From: an uncultured Gammaproteobacteria bacterium
Lineage (GTDB): Bacteria > Pseudomonadota > Gammaproteobacteria > PS1 > Pseudothioglobaceae
Direction: 5' to 3'
Assembly: GCA_902510115.1 (NCBI GenBank)
Contig: CABWZU010000001.1
Span: forward strand, 255 to 64,254
Length of the DNA: 64,000 nt
Position 1 is the stretch's first letter. Every line of letters begins with the position of its first letter. Below, in pieces: positions 31,156-40,482 of the stretch. Position numbers and translations under genes: made by a program. A model generated the notes under the pieces. It ran no database searches and had not been told where the DNA came from. It worked only from the letters and a program-made list of their open reading frames with translations.

Positions 31156-33219
31156 ATGAATAAGAATCCATATGCTCGCCTTTTTGAGCCAGTTCAAATA
31201 GGCCCCGTTGTCACAAAAAATCGCTTTTATCAGGTGCCACATTGTTGTGGTATGGGGCACGTAAGGCCAAAAGCCCATGCCGCCATGAGAGGCGTTAAAG
31301 CCAAGGGAGGGTGGGGCGTTGTTAGCACTGAGGAGGCTGAAATTCACCCAAGTTCAGACCTTGCTCCCTATGCAGAACAGAGGATTTGGGATAAAAAAGA
31401 CATCCCAGCGCTTCAGTTGATGACGGAGGCTGTGCATGAGCACGGCGCTTTAGCTGCTATCGAGCTCACCCACAGCGGCCATAACTCAACCAACCTTTTT
31501 TCAAGAATTCCGGCCATGTCACCCAATGCTCAGGCGGTTAATTTTTTATATCCAAAACAAGCCAGAAGGATGAACAAAAAAGATATTTCGGACTTTAGAG
31601 CTTGGCATCGACAGGCTGCCCTAAACGCAAAAGCTGCAGGTTTTGACATTATTTACGTTTACGCGGGGCACGGCATGTCTGTGGCCCAGCAATTCATATT
31701 GCCCGATATGAATAATCGTTCTGATGAGTATGGGGGAAGTTTGGAAAATAGGTTGAGACTTACAAGAGAATTGCTTGAAGAAACAAGAGACGCGATTGGA
31801 GATAGTTGCGGCATTGCTTTTAGGTTTGCTGTTGATGAGCTTAAAGGAAAAGACGGGATGCAGTTTCAGGAAGAGGGGCGAGAGGTGGTTGAGATGCTAG
31901 CAGAGTACCCCGATCTTTGGGATGTAAATGTATCTGATTGGTCCAACGATTCTCAAACCTCACGATTTCAGCCAGAAGAGGCTTACCAAATACCCTATGT
32001 TGAGTTTGTAAAAAGTATTACCACTAAGCCTGTAGTTGGTGTTGGGAGGTTGACCTCTCCAGACCTCATGGTTAAGCTAGTTGAGGGCGGAGCTTTAGAT
32101 TTAATTGGTGCGGCTAGGCCCTCTATAGCAGATCCTTATTTGCCCAATAAAATTAAAGAACAAAAGACAGACCAGATCAAAGAGTGTATTGGTTGTAATA
32201 TCTGCGTTTCGAGTGATAACTTTACGGTTCCGATTCGCTGCACGCAAAACCCCACTATGGGAGAAGAGTGGAGAAGAGGCTGGGATCCAGAATACATTAA
32301 ACCTAAAATTACAGACCAGAGAGCTCTTGTTGTTGGTTCAGGGCCGTCAGGATTAGAGTGCACAGTTCAGTTAGCCAGGCGTGGATATCAAGTTATTTTG
32401 GCAGAGTCTGAAAACGAGCTGGGTGGGAGAGTTTTGTTTGAGTCTAGCCTTAGAGGCCTTTCTGCATGGAAAAGAGTGGTTGATAATAGGGTTCATGAGA
32501 TTCTTCAGAAAAGTAATATAGAGGTTTATAAAGAGAGCAGGTTGAAAGCAGAACACATTGATGAGCTTGGCATCAACAACATATTTTTGGCTACTGGCTC
32601 AAGTTGGCGAAAAGATGGAATTGGAAGAAGCAGAAGAAAGCCTGTCTCAGGTCTTGAGACCATTACAGTCTATTCTCCAGAGGAGGCCGTTCAAAACTAT
32701 AAAGACATAAAGGGCCCACTCGTCATCTATGATGATGAGCAGGGATACTTAGCCGGAGCGGTTGCAGACCACCTTATTGCTAAGAATATTGAGGTTGTGT
32801 TTGTAACGCCTGCCAGCGTTGTCTCTCCATGGACCGATTCCACCCTGGAACAAAAAAGGGTTCAAGCGGGCTTAATTAGCTCTGGAGTCAAAATTATGTG
32901 TAACCAGTCTATTAGCAAAATAGAGAATAGTACTGCGCACCTAGAGTGTACTTATACAGGCTCAATTACTGAACTGCCTTGTGAGACAATTGTTATGGTG
33001 ACAGAGCGCATATCTGATACCACGCTTTATGACAGCCTAGTTCAAAATAATCTAGAAGGAAAAACACAATACAATGTTCAAATTATCGGTGATGCTGAGG
33101 CCCCCGGTCTTATAGCGGATGCGGTTTATTTAGGGCATTTAGCAGCACAAAATTTTGAAGCAGATGAAGCAGACATTCAAAAAGGCATGTTTATGAGAGA
33201 GATGCCAAGCCTTAAATAG
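31156..33219 (+). CDS. Trimethylamine/dimethylamine/histamine dehydrogenase-family flavoprotein (OYE barrel + 4Fe-4S + Rossmann domains)
   Basis: NRFYQVPHC (Cys that binds FMN covalently in TMADH), NNRSDEYGGSLENR, ARPSIADP, CIGCNIC..C-TQNPT.GEEWRRGW.PE, GSGPSG. Confidence 0.88.
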   Translation: MNKNPYARLFEPVQIGPVVTKNRFYQVPHCCGMGHVRPKAHAAMRGVKAKGGWGVVSTEEAEIHPSSDLAPYAEQRIWDKKDIPALQLMTEAVHEHGALAAIELTHSGHNSTNLFSRIPAMSPNAQAVNFLYPKQARRMNKKDISDFRAWHRQAALNAKAAGFDIIYVYAGHGMSVAQQFILPDMNNRSDEYGGSLENRLRLTRELLEETRDAIGDSCGIAFRFAVDELKGKDGMQFQEEGREVVEMLAEYPDLWDVNVSDWSNDSQTSRFQPEEAYQIPYVEFVKSITTKPVVGVGRLTSPDLMVKLVEGGALDLIGAARPSIADPYLPNKIKEQKTDQIKECIGCNICVSSDNFTVPIRCTQNPTMGEEWRRGWDPEYIKPKITDQRALVVGSGPSGLECTVQLARRGYQVILAESENELGGRVLFESSLRGLSAWKRVVDNRVHEILQKSNIEVYKESRLKAEHIDELGINNIFLATGSSWRKDGIGRSRRKPVSGLETITVYSPEEAVQNYKDIKGPLVIYDDEQGYLAGAVADHLIAKNIEVVFVTPASVVSPWTDSTLEQKRVQAGLISSGVKIMCNQSISKIENSTAHLECTYTGSITELPCETIVMVTERISDTTLYDSLVQNNLEGKTQYNVQIIGDAEAPGLIADAVYLGHLAAQNFEADEADIQKGMFMREMPSLK

Positions 33220-33299
33220 GCGTTAAAAGCCCCCTTTCTTGATTGATTTTGTAAGTGTTTTAGAGTAACATTGCCCTCTTTTTATGAAGGCCAAAAGGG

Positions 33300-34046
33300 A
33301 TGCGAAAAACGATAGTTGCAGGAAACTGGAAGATGAATGCGAGTAAAGAATCAGTAAATTCTCTCATTGAAGGCATTCTTTCAGGAATGAGTGATGTTTC
33401 CTCTGAAGTTATAGTTTGTGCTCCTTTCCCGTATCTTTCTCAAGTAGAGTCTTTAATCATCAATTCTGATCTAATGCTTGGTGCGCAAAACCTTAACGTG
33501 AATTTAAAAGGTGCGTTCACAGGCGAAGTCAGTGCAGATATGATCAAAGACTTCGGCGCTCAACACGTCATTGTTGGTCACTCAGAGAGAAGAAGCCTTT
33601 ACGGTGAAACAAGCACAGTTGTTGCAGAAAAAACAAAAGCAGCGATTGATGCTGGACTAACCCCACTTCTTTGTGTTGGCGAGTCCCTCGAAGAGAGAGA
33701 GTCTGGAAGAACTGAAGCCGTTGTTGCAGAGCAGCTTAATGCAGCAATCAGTCTTCTTGGAATAGATGCTTTTGATGGTATTATTATTGCGTATGAGCCA
33801 GTTTGGGCTATTGGAACAGGTTTAACAGCCTCTCCTGAGCAAGCCCAGTCAGTTCATTTATTTATTCGCAAACTTTTGGCTGATAGCAGTGAGAGAGTTG
33901 CTCAAAAAACATCCATACTTTATGGTGGAAGCATGAATGCTGGCAATGCTGCTGATCTAATTTCATGTGCAGACATTGATGGTGGACTCATTGGTGGTGC
34001 CGCCCTTAAAGCAGACGATTTTTTACAAATATGTAAGGCAGGTTAA
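33300..34046 (+). CDS. tpiA: Triosephosphate isomerase
   Basis: AGNWKMN, GHSERR, AYEPVWAIGTG and YGGS motifs. Confidence 0.98.
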   Translation: MRKTIVAGNWKMNASKESVNSLIEGILSGMSDVSSEVIVCAPFPYLSQVESLIINSDLMLGAQNLNVNLKGAFTGEVSADMIKDFGAQHVIVGHSERRSLYGETSTVVAEKTKAAIDAGLTPLLCVGESLEERESGRTEAVVAEQLNAAISLLGIDAFDGIIIAYEPVWAIGTGLTASPEQAQSVHLFIRKLLADSSERVAQKTSILYGGSMNAGNAADLISCADIDGGLIGGAALKADDFLQICKAG

Positions 34047-34047
34047 T

Positions 34048-34377
34048 ATGACGTTTCAAATTATTTTAGTAATTCATGTGTTATTGGCTCTAGGGCTTGT
34101 TGGGCTGATTCTTATCCAGCATGGCAAAGGCGCTGATGCAGGGGCTGCATTTGGCTCAGGCGCAGCAGGCTCAGTTTTTGGTGCGAGAGGAGCCCACTCG
34201 TTTCTATATAAACTAACTGCAGTTCTGGCTATTGCGTTTTTTGTAACCAGCATCAGTCTGGCTTACTTTGCATCGAATGAGGGGGCCGCCATAGACCCTG
34301 AACAAAGCATTATGACCCAAAGCATTATGAGTGATGATGGCTTTGATTCAGATACAAGCGAAATTCCAAGTAACTAA
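34048..34377 (+). CDS. secG: Preprotein translocase subunit SecG
   Basis: Two TM helices and IQHGKGADAGAAFGSG. True start is ATG 34048; the ORF-track start lies inside tpiA. Confidence 0.95.
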   Translation: MTFQIILVIHVLLALGLVGLILIQHGKGADAGAAFGSGAAGSVFGARGAHSFLYKLTAVLAIAFFVTSISLAYFASNEGAAIDPEQSIMTQSIMSDDGFDSDTSEIPSN

Positions 34378-34382
34378 ATTAA

Positions 34383-34467
34383 GCCGTCGTGGTGAAATTG
34401 GTAGACACGCAGCCTTGAGGGGGCTGTAGCGCAAGCTGTGACGGTTCGACTCCGTCCGACGGCACCA
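34383..34467 (+). tRNA. tRNA-Leu (anticodon GAG)
   Basis: Acceptor stem GCCGTCG/CGACGGC + ACCA; D-loop AATTGGTAGA; anticodon arm CAGCC-TTGAGGG-GGCTG; long variable arm; GTTCGAC T-loop; canonical tpiA-secG-tRNA-Leu order. Confidence 0.97.
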
Positions 34468-34533
34468 CTCAATTTAACTGTATTAAAACTCTTTGTTGTT
34501 GTACAATCAGCATAGTTTCTCACTTGCTATTCT

Positions 34534-35442
34534 ATGAACTTTCTTAATAAAACTGTCCTTAAGGGGATAGGCTTGATGCTTTTGGGTATGAGCACTGTTC
34601 CATTTTTAGATGTCTTTGCAAAGCTCTTGAGTGAGGATTATTCTGTGATGCAAGTTACATGGACTCGGTTTTTCTTCCATGCCTGTTGGTTGGTGCCTAT
34701 CATATTATGGCAACAAGTTGATTGGAAAAGAGTGCCAGAAAGTCTAAGCCTCCAGTTTATGAGAGGATTGATGTTAACCCTGGCCACGCTTTTCTTTTTT
34801 GCGGCCATTAAATCTAACCCTATTCCTAACGCACTCACACTGCTTTTTATTTCTCCTTTGGTTGTAGCTATTCTCTCACCAAGCTTGTTGGGAGAGAGGT
34901 TTGATTTACTAATTGGGGCCGGGGTAGTGGTAGGATTTATTGGTGTTGTGGTTGTATTACAGCCTACAGGAGATGAGTTTAAGCCAAGCCTATTACTTGC
35001 TGTTGTTTCAGGCGTCTGTTACGCGCTCTATATTATCTTTACAAAAAAACTCTCCTTTAAGGCGCCGCCAGTTCTTACTCTTTTTTATTCTGCTGCTGTT
35101 GGAATGGTCATTATGTTGCCTCTAGCCTTATTAACTTGGACAGCGCCTGACATGAAAGGAGTTTTGTTAGGCGCCGCTATGGGGTTTTTTGCTGCAGCAT
35201 CACATTTCTTCATCATTAAGGCTTTTGAGTTTGCAAGTGCTTCTGAGCTAAGCCCCTTTAATTATTTTGAAATTGTGGGGGCTATTACTTTAAGCTATAT
35301 CATCTTTGGCTATATTCCAAACCTACAGGCAGTTATTGGCTTGTTTGTAATTATAGGAAGCGGCCTCTTTGTTTCATGGCGCGTTATGAAAAACAATGGC
35401 GGACAAGCAGAAGATAAAGAAAAACTAATAGAGCCTTTATAG
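34534..35442 (+). CDS. DMT/EamA-family transporter
   Basis: About 10 TM helices in two EamA repeats; ILSPSLLGER and ASASELSPFNY motifs. Confidence 0.88.
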   Translation: MNFLNKTVLKGIGLMLLGMSTVPFLDVFAKLLSEDYSVMQVTWTRFFFHACWLVPIILWQQVDWKRVPESLSLQFMRGLMLTLATLFFFAAIKSNPIPNALTLLFISPLVVAILSPSLLGERFDLLIGAGVVVGFIGVVVVLQPTGDEFKPSLLLAVVSGVCYALYIIFTKKLSFKAPPVLTLFYSAAVGMVIMLPLALLTWTAPDMKGVLLGAAMGFFAAASHFFIIKAFEFASASELSPFNYFEIVGAITLSYIIFGYIPNLQAVIGLFVIIGSGLFVSWRVMKNNGGQAEDKEKLIEPL

Positions 35443-35582
35443 GCCAATCATTTCTTACAAGGTGAAAAATACATTTTTTCCTTGTATTTTTTGAACAAAG
35501 CCTATTTCAGTTCAATATAATATCCGACCTTAATGCTTATTAAGCTCAAAGTATCAATTAATTATCAAATCATTCAACACAT

Positions 35583-38054
35583 ATGAACTGGCGAACAAAA
35601 ACTGAAAATAAAATAGAGCTGTTTTCTGACTGGGTTTTTGACAATGCTAAGAAAACTATCATGGCGATCATTGTTTTAGTCGTTGCGATTGGATCCCAAC
35701 TACCCTCTCTTAAGGTAGATACAACAACTGAAGGGTTTTTACATAAAACAGACCCAATGCGAGTTGAGTACGATATTTTTAGAGATCAGTTTGGCCGGGA
35801 TGAAAAACTCATGATTGCGGTGAAAACCAAAAATATTTTTGATCTTAGCTTTTTAGAAAAACTCGATAGTTTTCACCATGCTTTAGAGAGCGAGCTTCCA
35901 AATATTAAGGCTGTTGACTCGCTCATAAATGCAAGAAATACCTATGGAATTGAGGGCGAGCTTATTGTTGAGCCTCTCATTGATAGCCTACCAAAAAACA
36001 ATGATGACCTTATCAAGTTAAAAGAAACGGTGACAAATAATAGTCTGTATGAAAACTCTCTCTACAGTGAAGACTTCACCATGACAACAGTCACAATCGA
36101 TACAGAAACCTATTCAAGCGCAGGGACCTCACAAGAGATTGAAAGTTTTGAGTTTGATGATGGCCTAGAGTTTGATGATGGCCTAGAGTTTGATGATGGC
36201 CTAGAGTTTGATGACGGCCTAGAGTTTGATGAAGAGGCCCTTGGCGAACAAAGACTCTATTTAACAGACGCTGAAAATGATGAAATTATTGCTGAAACGC
36301 AGAAAATCATGGAGCGATTTAATGACAGTAATTTTGAAATCTACTTGTCTGGCTCTGCAGCGATTGCGGGAATCTTTAAACAAGCGCTAATGAACGATTC
36401 AGCTGTCTTTATTAGTCTAATGATGATTGTAATTATGGTTGTTTTGTTCGCTTTGTTCAGGAGAGTCTCCGGAGTAATTCTGCCATTAGCTTGTGTTTCA
36501 TTAACCCTTATAATGACTGTATCTCTGATGTCAATTTTTTCTGCGCCATTCACTATGGCTACCCAAATTATGCCAACGTTTCTTTTAGCAGTTGTGACAA
36601 GTGCTTCGATTCATTTGCTGGCAGTTTTTTATAAAGACTTTGCAACAACTAATGATACAAAAAAATCCTTGAGATATGCAATGGGACATTCTGGTTTGGC
36701 TATTATTATGACTTCGATTACTACTGCAGTAGGTCTTTGGTCTTTTTCATTTTCTGGAGTAGCACCAGTTGCAGACCTTGGTATTTTTGCCAGTAGTGGT
36801 GTAATGGTTGGGCTGGTTTTTACATTGGTTTTTTTGCCGTCGTTGATATCGGTAACTAAGTTTAGGCCAATTAAGCAAAGGGTAGGTAAGGACGGTCAAA
36901 CCTTTATGGATAAAGTGCTCATAGGAATCAGCGTTTTTGCAACTAGCAAGCCAAAACTAATTATTTCAGTTAGTGCTGTTGTAATAATCTGTGCCGCCAT
37001 TATTGCTTCACAACTCAGGTTTTCCCACTTTCCACTTCAATGGCTGCCAGAAGATAATTTTGCACGCGTAGCCACAGAGGCAGTGGATGAAAACTTAAAG
37101 GGCTCACTGACCCTAGAGGTGATTATTGATACCGAGAAAACCAATGGTCTTTATAACCCAGAGGTCTTGAAGGTTATTGACGATGTCTCTCAAAACATTA
37201 ACTCAATTTCTACGGGTAATATGTTTGTTGGAAAGGTTATCAGCTATATCGATGTTATTAAAGAAACCAACAGGGCTTTGAATGAAAACCGTGATGAGTA
37301 CTTCGCTATACCAGACGACCGTGACCTTATTGCCCAAGAATTTTTACTTTTTGAAAGTAGTGGTAATAATGACCTTGCGAGCCTCGTGGACTCTAACTAT
37401 TCTAAAGCCAGGCTTACTTTAAAAACCCCATTCATAGACTCTCTTGAGGCCAATATATTTATTGATAATGCACAGCTCTACCTTGACCAAAAGTTCGACT
37501 CTCTGGCAAAGGTAACTTTTACAGGGATAGGCACGTTGATGACTGTGACCTTTGAAGAGGCAATTTACAGTAGCGCAGTGAGCTATGTTTTGGCGTTTTC
37601 ACTTATTGCCATATTGATGGTTTTATTAATTGGTAATGTTAAGATTGGGCTCATTAGCATGATTCCCAATCTATTGCCGATCATTATTCTCTCTACAATA
37701 ATGGTGATTTTCAAAATGCCTTTAGATATGTTTACGCTGTTAATTGGAGCAATTGCATTGGGCTTGGCTGTTGATGATACGGTCCACTTTATGCACAACT
37801 TTAGAAGATACGAGTTGCAGTATAACGATGTTGACAAGGCGGTTCTTTTAACGCTCTTGGGAACTGGAAGAGCAATAACTCTGACATCTATCGTTTTGGC
37901 CCTTGGCTTTCTCGTGCTTACATTTTCTCAGATGAACAATATGTTTGATTTTGGTGTTTTAACTGCAAGCGCAATACTGGTGGCGTTATTGGCTGATTTT
38001 TTTCTGATGCCAGCAATTATGAAGTTAATCATTAAGGACAAAACGAGCATCTAA
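35583..38054 (+). CDS. MMPL/RND-superfamily membrane transporter
   Basis: Two halves, each with one TM, a large periplasmic loop and five TM; GLAVDDTVHF motif in the second half. Confidence 0.88.
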   Translation: MNWRTKTENKIELFSDWVFDNAKKTIMAIIVLVVAIGSQLPSLKVDTTTEGFLHKTDPMRVEYDIFRDQFGRDEKLMIAVKTKNIFDLSFLEKLDSFHHALESELPNIKAVDSLINARNTYGIEGELIVEPLIDSLPKNNDDLIKLKETVTNNSLYENSLYSEDFTMTTVTIDTETYSSAGTSQEIESFEFDDGLEFDDGLEFDDGLEFDDGLEFDEEALGEQRLYLTDAENDEIIAETQKIMERFNDSNFEIYLSGSAAIAGIFKQALMNDSAVFISLMMIVIMVVLFALFRRVSGVILPLACVSLTLIMTVSLMSIFSAPFTMATQIMPTFLLAVVTSASIHLLAVFYKDFATTNDTKKSLRYAMGHSGLAIIMTSITTAVGLWSFSFSGVAPVADLGIFASSGVMVGLVFTLVFLPSLISVTKFRPIKQRVGKDGQTFMDKVLIGISVFATSKPKLIISVSAVVIICAAIIASQLRFSHFPLQWLPEDNFARVATEAVDENLKGSLTLEVIIDTEKTNGLYNPEVLKVIDDVSQNINSISTGNMFVGKVISYIDVIKETNRALNENRDEYFAIPDDRDLIAQEFLLFESSGNNDLASLVDSNYSKARLTLKTPFIDSLEANIFIDNAQLYLDQKFDSLAKVTFTGIGTLMTVTFEEAIYSSAVSYVLAFSLIAILMVLLIGNVKIGLISMIPNLLPIIILSTIMVIFKMPLDMFTLLIGAIALGLAVDDTVHFMHNFRRYELQYNDVDKAVLLTLLGTGRAITLTSIVLALGFLVLTFSQMNNMFDFGVLTASAILVALLADFFLMPAIMKLIIKDKTSI
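36150..36232 (+). repeat. 18-bp in-frame tandem repeat (GAGTTTGATGATGGCCTA, about 4.6 copies) encoding EFDDGL
   Basis: Units start at 36150, 36168, 36186, 36204 (one T>C change) and 36222 (partial). Confidence 0.97.
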
Positions 38055-38065
38055 AGAAAGTGTTC

Positions 38066-38098
38066 AAAAAAAAGGACGCATTAAGCGTCCTTTGATTT
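38066..38098. terminator. Intrinsic terminator between convergent MMPL and tsf (probably bidirectional)
   Basis: AAAGGACGC-ATTAA-GCGTCCTTT hairpin, with an A8 run on the left (U-tract for tsf) and TTTGATTT on the right. Confidence 0.85.
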
Positions 38099-38115
38099 GA
38101 AAAGAGCTATGAGAG

Positions 38116-38994
38116 CTAAGCTTGAGCTTGAGCCATCACCTCTTCGACGAAGTTGTCTTCTTTTTTCTCTATTCCTTCACCAACTTCATATCGAATAAAA
38201 GACACAACTTCTGCATTTTTCGACTTCACAAGGTCGCCAACAGTCATATCAGGGTCCTTAACAAAGGCCTGCCCATAAAGGGTTACCTCATTGACAAATT
38301 TTTTCATTCTTCCGACAATCATTTTTTCAATGATATTATCAGGCTTGCCACTTTCTTTTGCTTGCTCAATAAAGATTGCTTTCTCTCTCTCAAGTAGATC
38401 ACTAGAAAGCTGGTCTTCACTAACGCACTCTGGCCTAGAGGCAGCAATGTGCATTGCGACATCTTTTGCTAATTCAGCATCATTTGATGAAAGAACAGTC
38501 AAAACGGCAATTCGATCACCATGCTTATAGGCACCTAAAATCCCAGCATCAGTCCTAACTATCTGCACTCTCCTTACTGAAATGTTTTCACCAATCTTTG
38601 CAATGATCCCCTCTCTGGCCTCGTCAACAGTTTCTCCAGAGTCCAGCTTTTGGCTTAAAAAACTCTCAACTGACTCAGGCTTGTTATTGAGGGCAAGCGC
38701 ACCGAGAGCTTCTACAAAATCAATAAAAGCAGAGCCTTTTGTGACAAAGTCAGTTTCAGAGTTGACCTCAAGAATCGCAGCAAGTTTATTGTCATCACTG
38801 ATTGTCACATTCACCAGCCCTTCAGAAGCAACCCGTCCAGCTTTCTTTGCAGCTTTTGCTGCACCTGAAGCTCTCATCAAGTCAATTGCTGCCTCAAGGT
38901 CAGCATTAGTTTCAACTAGAGCCTTCTTGCAGTCCATCATTCCTGCACCAGTTCTTTCTCTTAATTCTTTAACTAAAGCGGCTGTGATTGCCAT
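38116..38994 (-). CDS. tsf: Elongation factor Ts
   Basis: LVKELRERTGAGMMDCKKAL and EVNSETDFV motifs. Confidence 0.98.
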   Translation of the reverse strand: MAITAALVKELRERTGAGMMDCKKALVETNADLEAAIDLMRASGAAKAAKKAGRVASEGLVNVTISDDNKLAAILEVNSETDFVTKGSAFIDFVEALGALALNNKPESVESFLSQKLDSGETVDEAREGIIAKIGENISVRRVQIVRTDAGILGAYKHGDRIAVLTVLSSNDAELAKDVAMHIAASRPECVSEDQLSSDLLEREKAIFIEQAKESGKPDNIIEKMIVGRMKKFVNEVTLYGQAFVKDPDMTVGDLVKSKNAEVVSFIRYEVGEGIEKKEDNFVEEVMAQAQA

Positions 38995-39024
38995 ATTAAT
39001 GTCTCCTATATAAGCCGAACTTGA

Positions 39025-40125
39025 TTACTTATCGGTTTCAGTTTTCTTAGTAGTGGCTTTTTTAGCTGCAGGCTTTTTAGCTGCAGGTTTTTTAGTAGCC
39101 TCTTTCTTTGCTGCAGGCTTTTTAGCTGCAGCCTCAGCTTTTTTAGCTGCAGCCTTTTTAGCCGCAGGTTTCTTCTCTTCAGCAGGCGCTTCTGCTTCAG
39201 CATTGTCTTCAGAAGCCTCTTTCTTTGCTGCAGGCTTTTTAGCCGCAGGTTTCTTCTCTTCAGCAGGCGCTTCTGCTTCAGCATTGTCTTCAGAAGCCTC
39301 TTTCTTTGCTGCAGGCTTTTTAGCCGCAGGTTTCTTCTCTTCAGCAGGCGCTTCTGCTTCAGCATTGTCTTCAGAAGCCTCTTTCTTTGCTGCAGGCTTT
39401 TTAGCCGCAGACTCAGCCTTCTTGGCTGCAGGCTTTGTTTCAACAATAGATGCTTTGGCTTCTAAAACCGCATCTGCAATTTTTCTTGCATAGTAACCTA
39501 TTGCCCTGATTGAGTCATCATTTCCAGCTATGACATAATCGATGCCCTCAGGATTATGATTAGAATCTACAACACCTATAATTGGAAGGCGAAGAGTTTG
39601 AGCCTCTCTAACAGCATTTTTTTCATGACCAATGTCAACCACAAAGACAACGTCAGGTATGGTGCCAAGATCTTTAATGCCGCCAAGGCTTCTTTCTAAC
39701 TTCTCCATCTCGCGGGTCATCACGAGCGCCTCTTTCTTAGTAAATTGTGCAAAGTTTTCCTCTGCAAGAAATTCTAAATCTTTAAGTCGCTTGATAGACG
39801 CCTTGATGGTTTTGTAGTTTGTCATCATTCCGCCTAACCAGCGATGATTAACATAAGGCATGCCGCAACGAATGGCCTCTTCTTTAATTATGTTGCTTGC
39901 GGCTCTTTTTGTTCCGACAAAAAGAATTGACCCTCCTTGAGATGCAGTTTTGCTAGCAAAATTTAGGACATCATTAAACTGGGGCAGGGTTTTTTCTAAA
40001 TTGATTATGTGAACACCGTTTCGTGTTCCGTAAATATAAGGCTCCATTTTTGGATGCCAAAAACGAGACCTATGGCCGAAGTGAACACCGGCCTCTAACA
40101 TTTTTTTCATTGACGCTTTCGCCAT
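39025..40125 (-). CDS. rpsB: 30S ribosomal protein S2 with a long Ala/Lys/Glu/Pro-rich C-terminal extension
   Basis: [23 protein letters not shown] and GNDDSIRA. Start at ATG 40125, preceded by the SD-like AGGAG. Confidence 0.97.
   Translation of the reverse strand: MAKASMKKMLEAGVHFGHRSRFWHPKMEPYIYGTRNGVHIINLEKTLPQFNDVLNFASKTASQGGSILFVGTKRAASNIIKEEAIRCGMPYVNHRWLGGMMTNYKTIKASIKRLKDLEFLAEENFAQFTKKEALVMTREMEKLERSLGGIKDLGTIPDVVFVVDIGHEKNAVREAQTLRLPIIGVVDSNHNPEGIDYVIAGNDDSIRAIGYYARKIADAVLEAKASIVETKPAAKKAESAAKKPAAKKEASEDNAEAEAPAEEKKPAAKKPAAKKEASEDNAEAEAPAEEKKPAAKKPAAKKEASEDNAEAEAPAEEKKPAAKKAAAKKAEAAAKKPAAKKEATKKPAAKKPAAKKATTKKTETDK
39154..39410 (-). repeat. 81-bp tandem repeat (3 copies + partial) in the rpsB tail
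   Basis: Units start at 39154, 39235, 39316 and 39397 (partial); each encodes [27 protein letters not shown]. Confidence 0.96.
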
Positions 40126-40215
40126 ACATTTCTCCTGGGTTAAGACTTCCACATTGCCTATTAGCCAACCCCTTTTAAAGGGCACCCTGACTAATATTGG
40201 GGCGCTGTGTGATAC
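40126..40215 (-). ncRNA. rpsB 5' leader (t44 / S2 autoregulatory RNA)
   Basis: Minus strand CACACAGCGCC..TATTAGTCAGGGTGCCCTTTAAAAGGGGTTGGCTAATA..ATGTGGAAG..AACCC. Long hairpin with GGGU elements typical of gammaproteobacterial rpsB leaders. Boundaries approximate. Confidence 0.75.
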
Positions 40216-40482
40216 ATTAAATTACTGGCGTTGTTATTACAAAGCCGTTCCTTTTCCAACCAAATTGTTGAAAGGCGACTATTATCCCATATTTTTTCTA
40301 AATACGCAAAGACTATTTGGTCGACTGTTTTTCTCTGCAAGGCTTCTGACGTATTAGGTGCAAGGCAAAAAAAGACTCGTTATAATTAAGCCTTTTTTCA
40401 GTTTTCCGCGCCAGTTTTTGGTTATGATAGTGCATAGAGCTATTAAAGGGGAGGCTCAAAATTACATACTTAATTGTTGTTT

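Noticed and set aside
33967-34047. Apparent tpiA/secG overlap
   Set aside because: Artefact of choosing the longest ORF; SecG starts at 34048.
34383-38065. Integrative element at tRNA-Leu
   Set aside because: No integrase, no duplicated tRNA 3' end found and no phage or plasmid genes; reported only as a possible islet.
39006-39493. Two 146-aa overlapping ORFs (alternate frame and antisense) across the rpsB tail
   Set aside because: They stay open only because the low-complexity 81-bp repeat has no stops in those frames.
40126-40357. rpsB upstream extension and a 67-aa plus-strand ORF
   Set aside because: The region is the structured rpsB leader and promoter; the SD-like AGGAG supports the 40125 start.
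40320-40480. SigmaE-ChrR promoter upstream of the lipid cluster
   Set aside because: A CGTA is present near 40350 but there is no TGATCC-like -35 at the right spacing.
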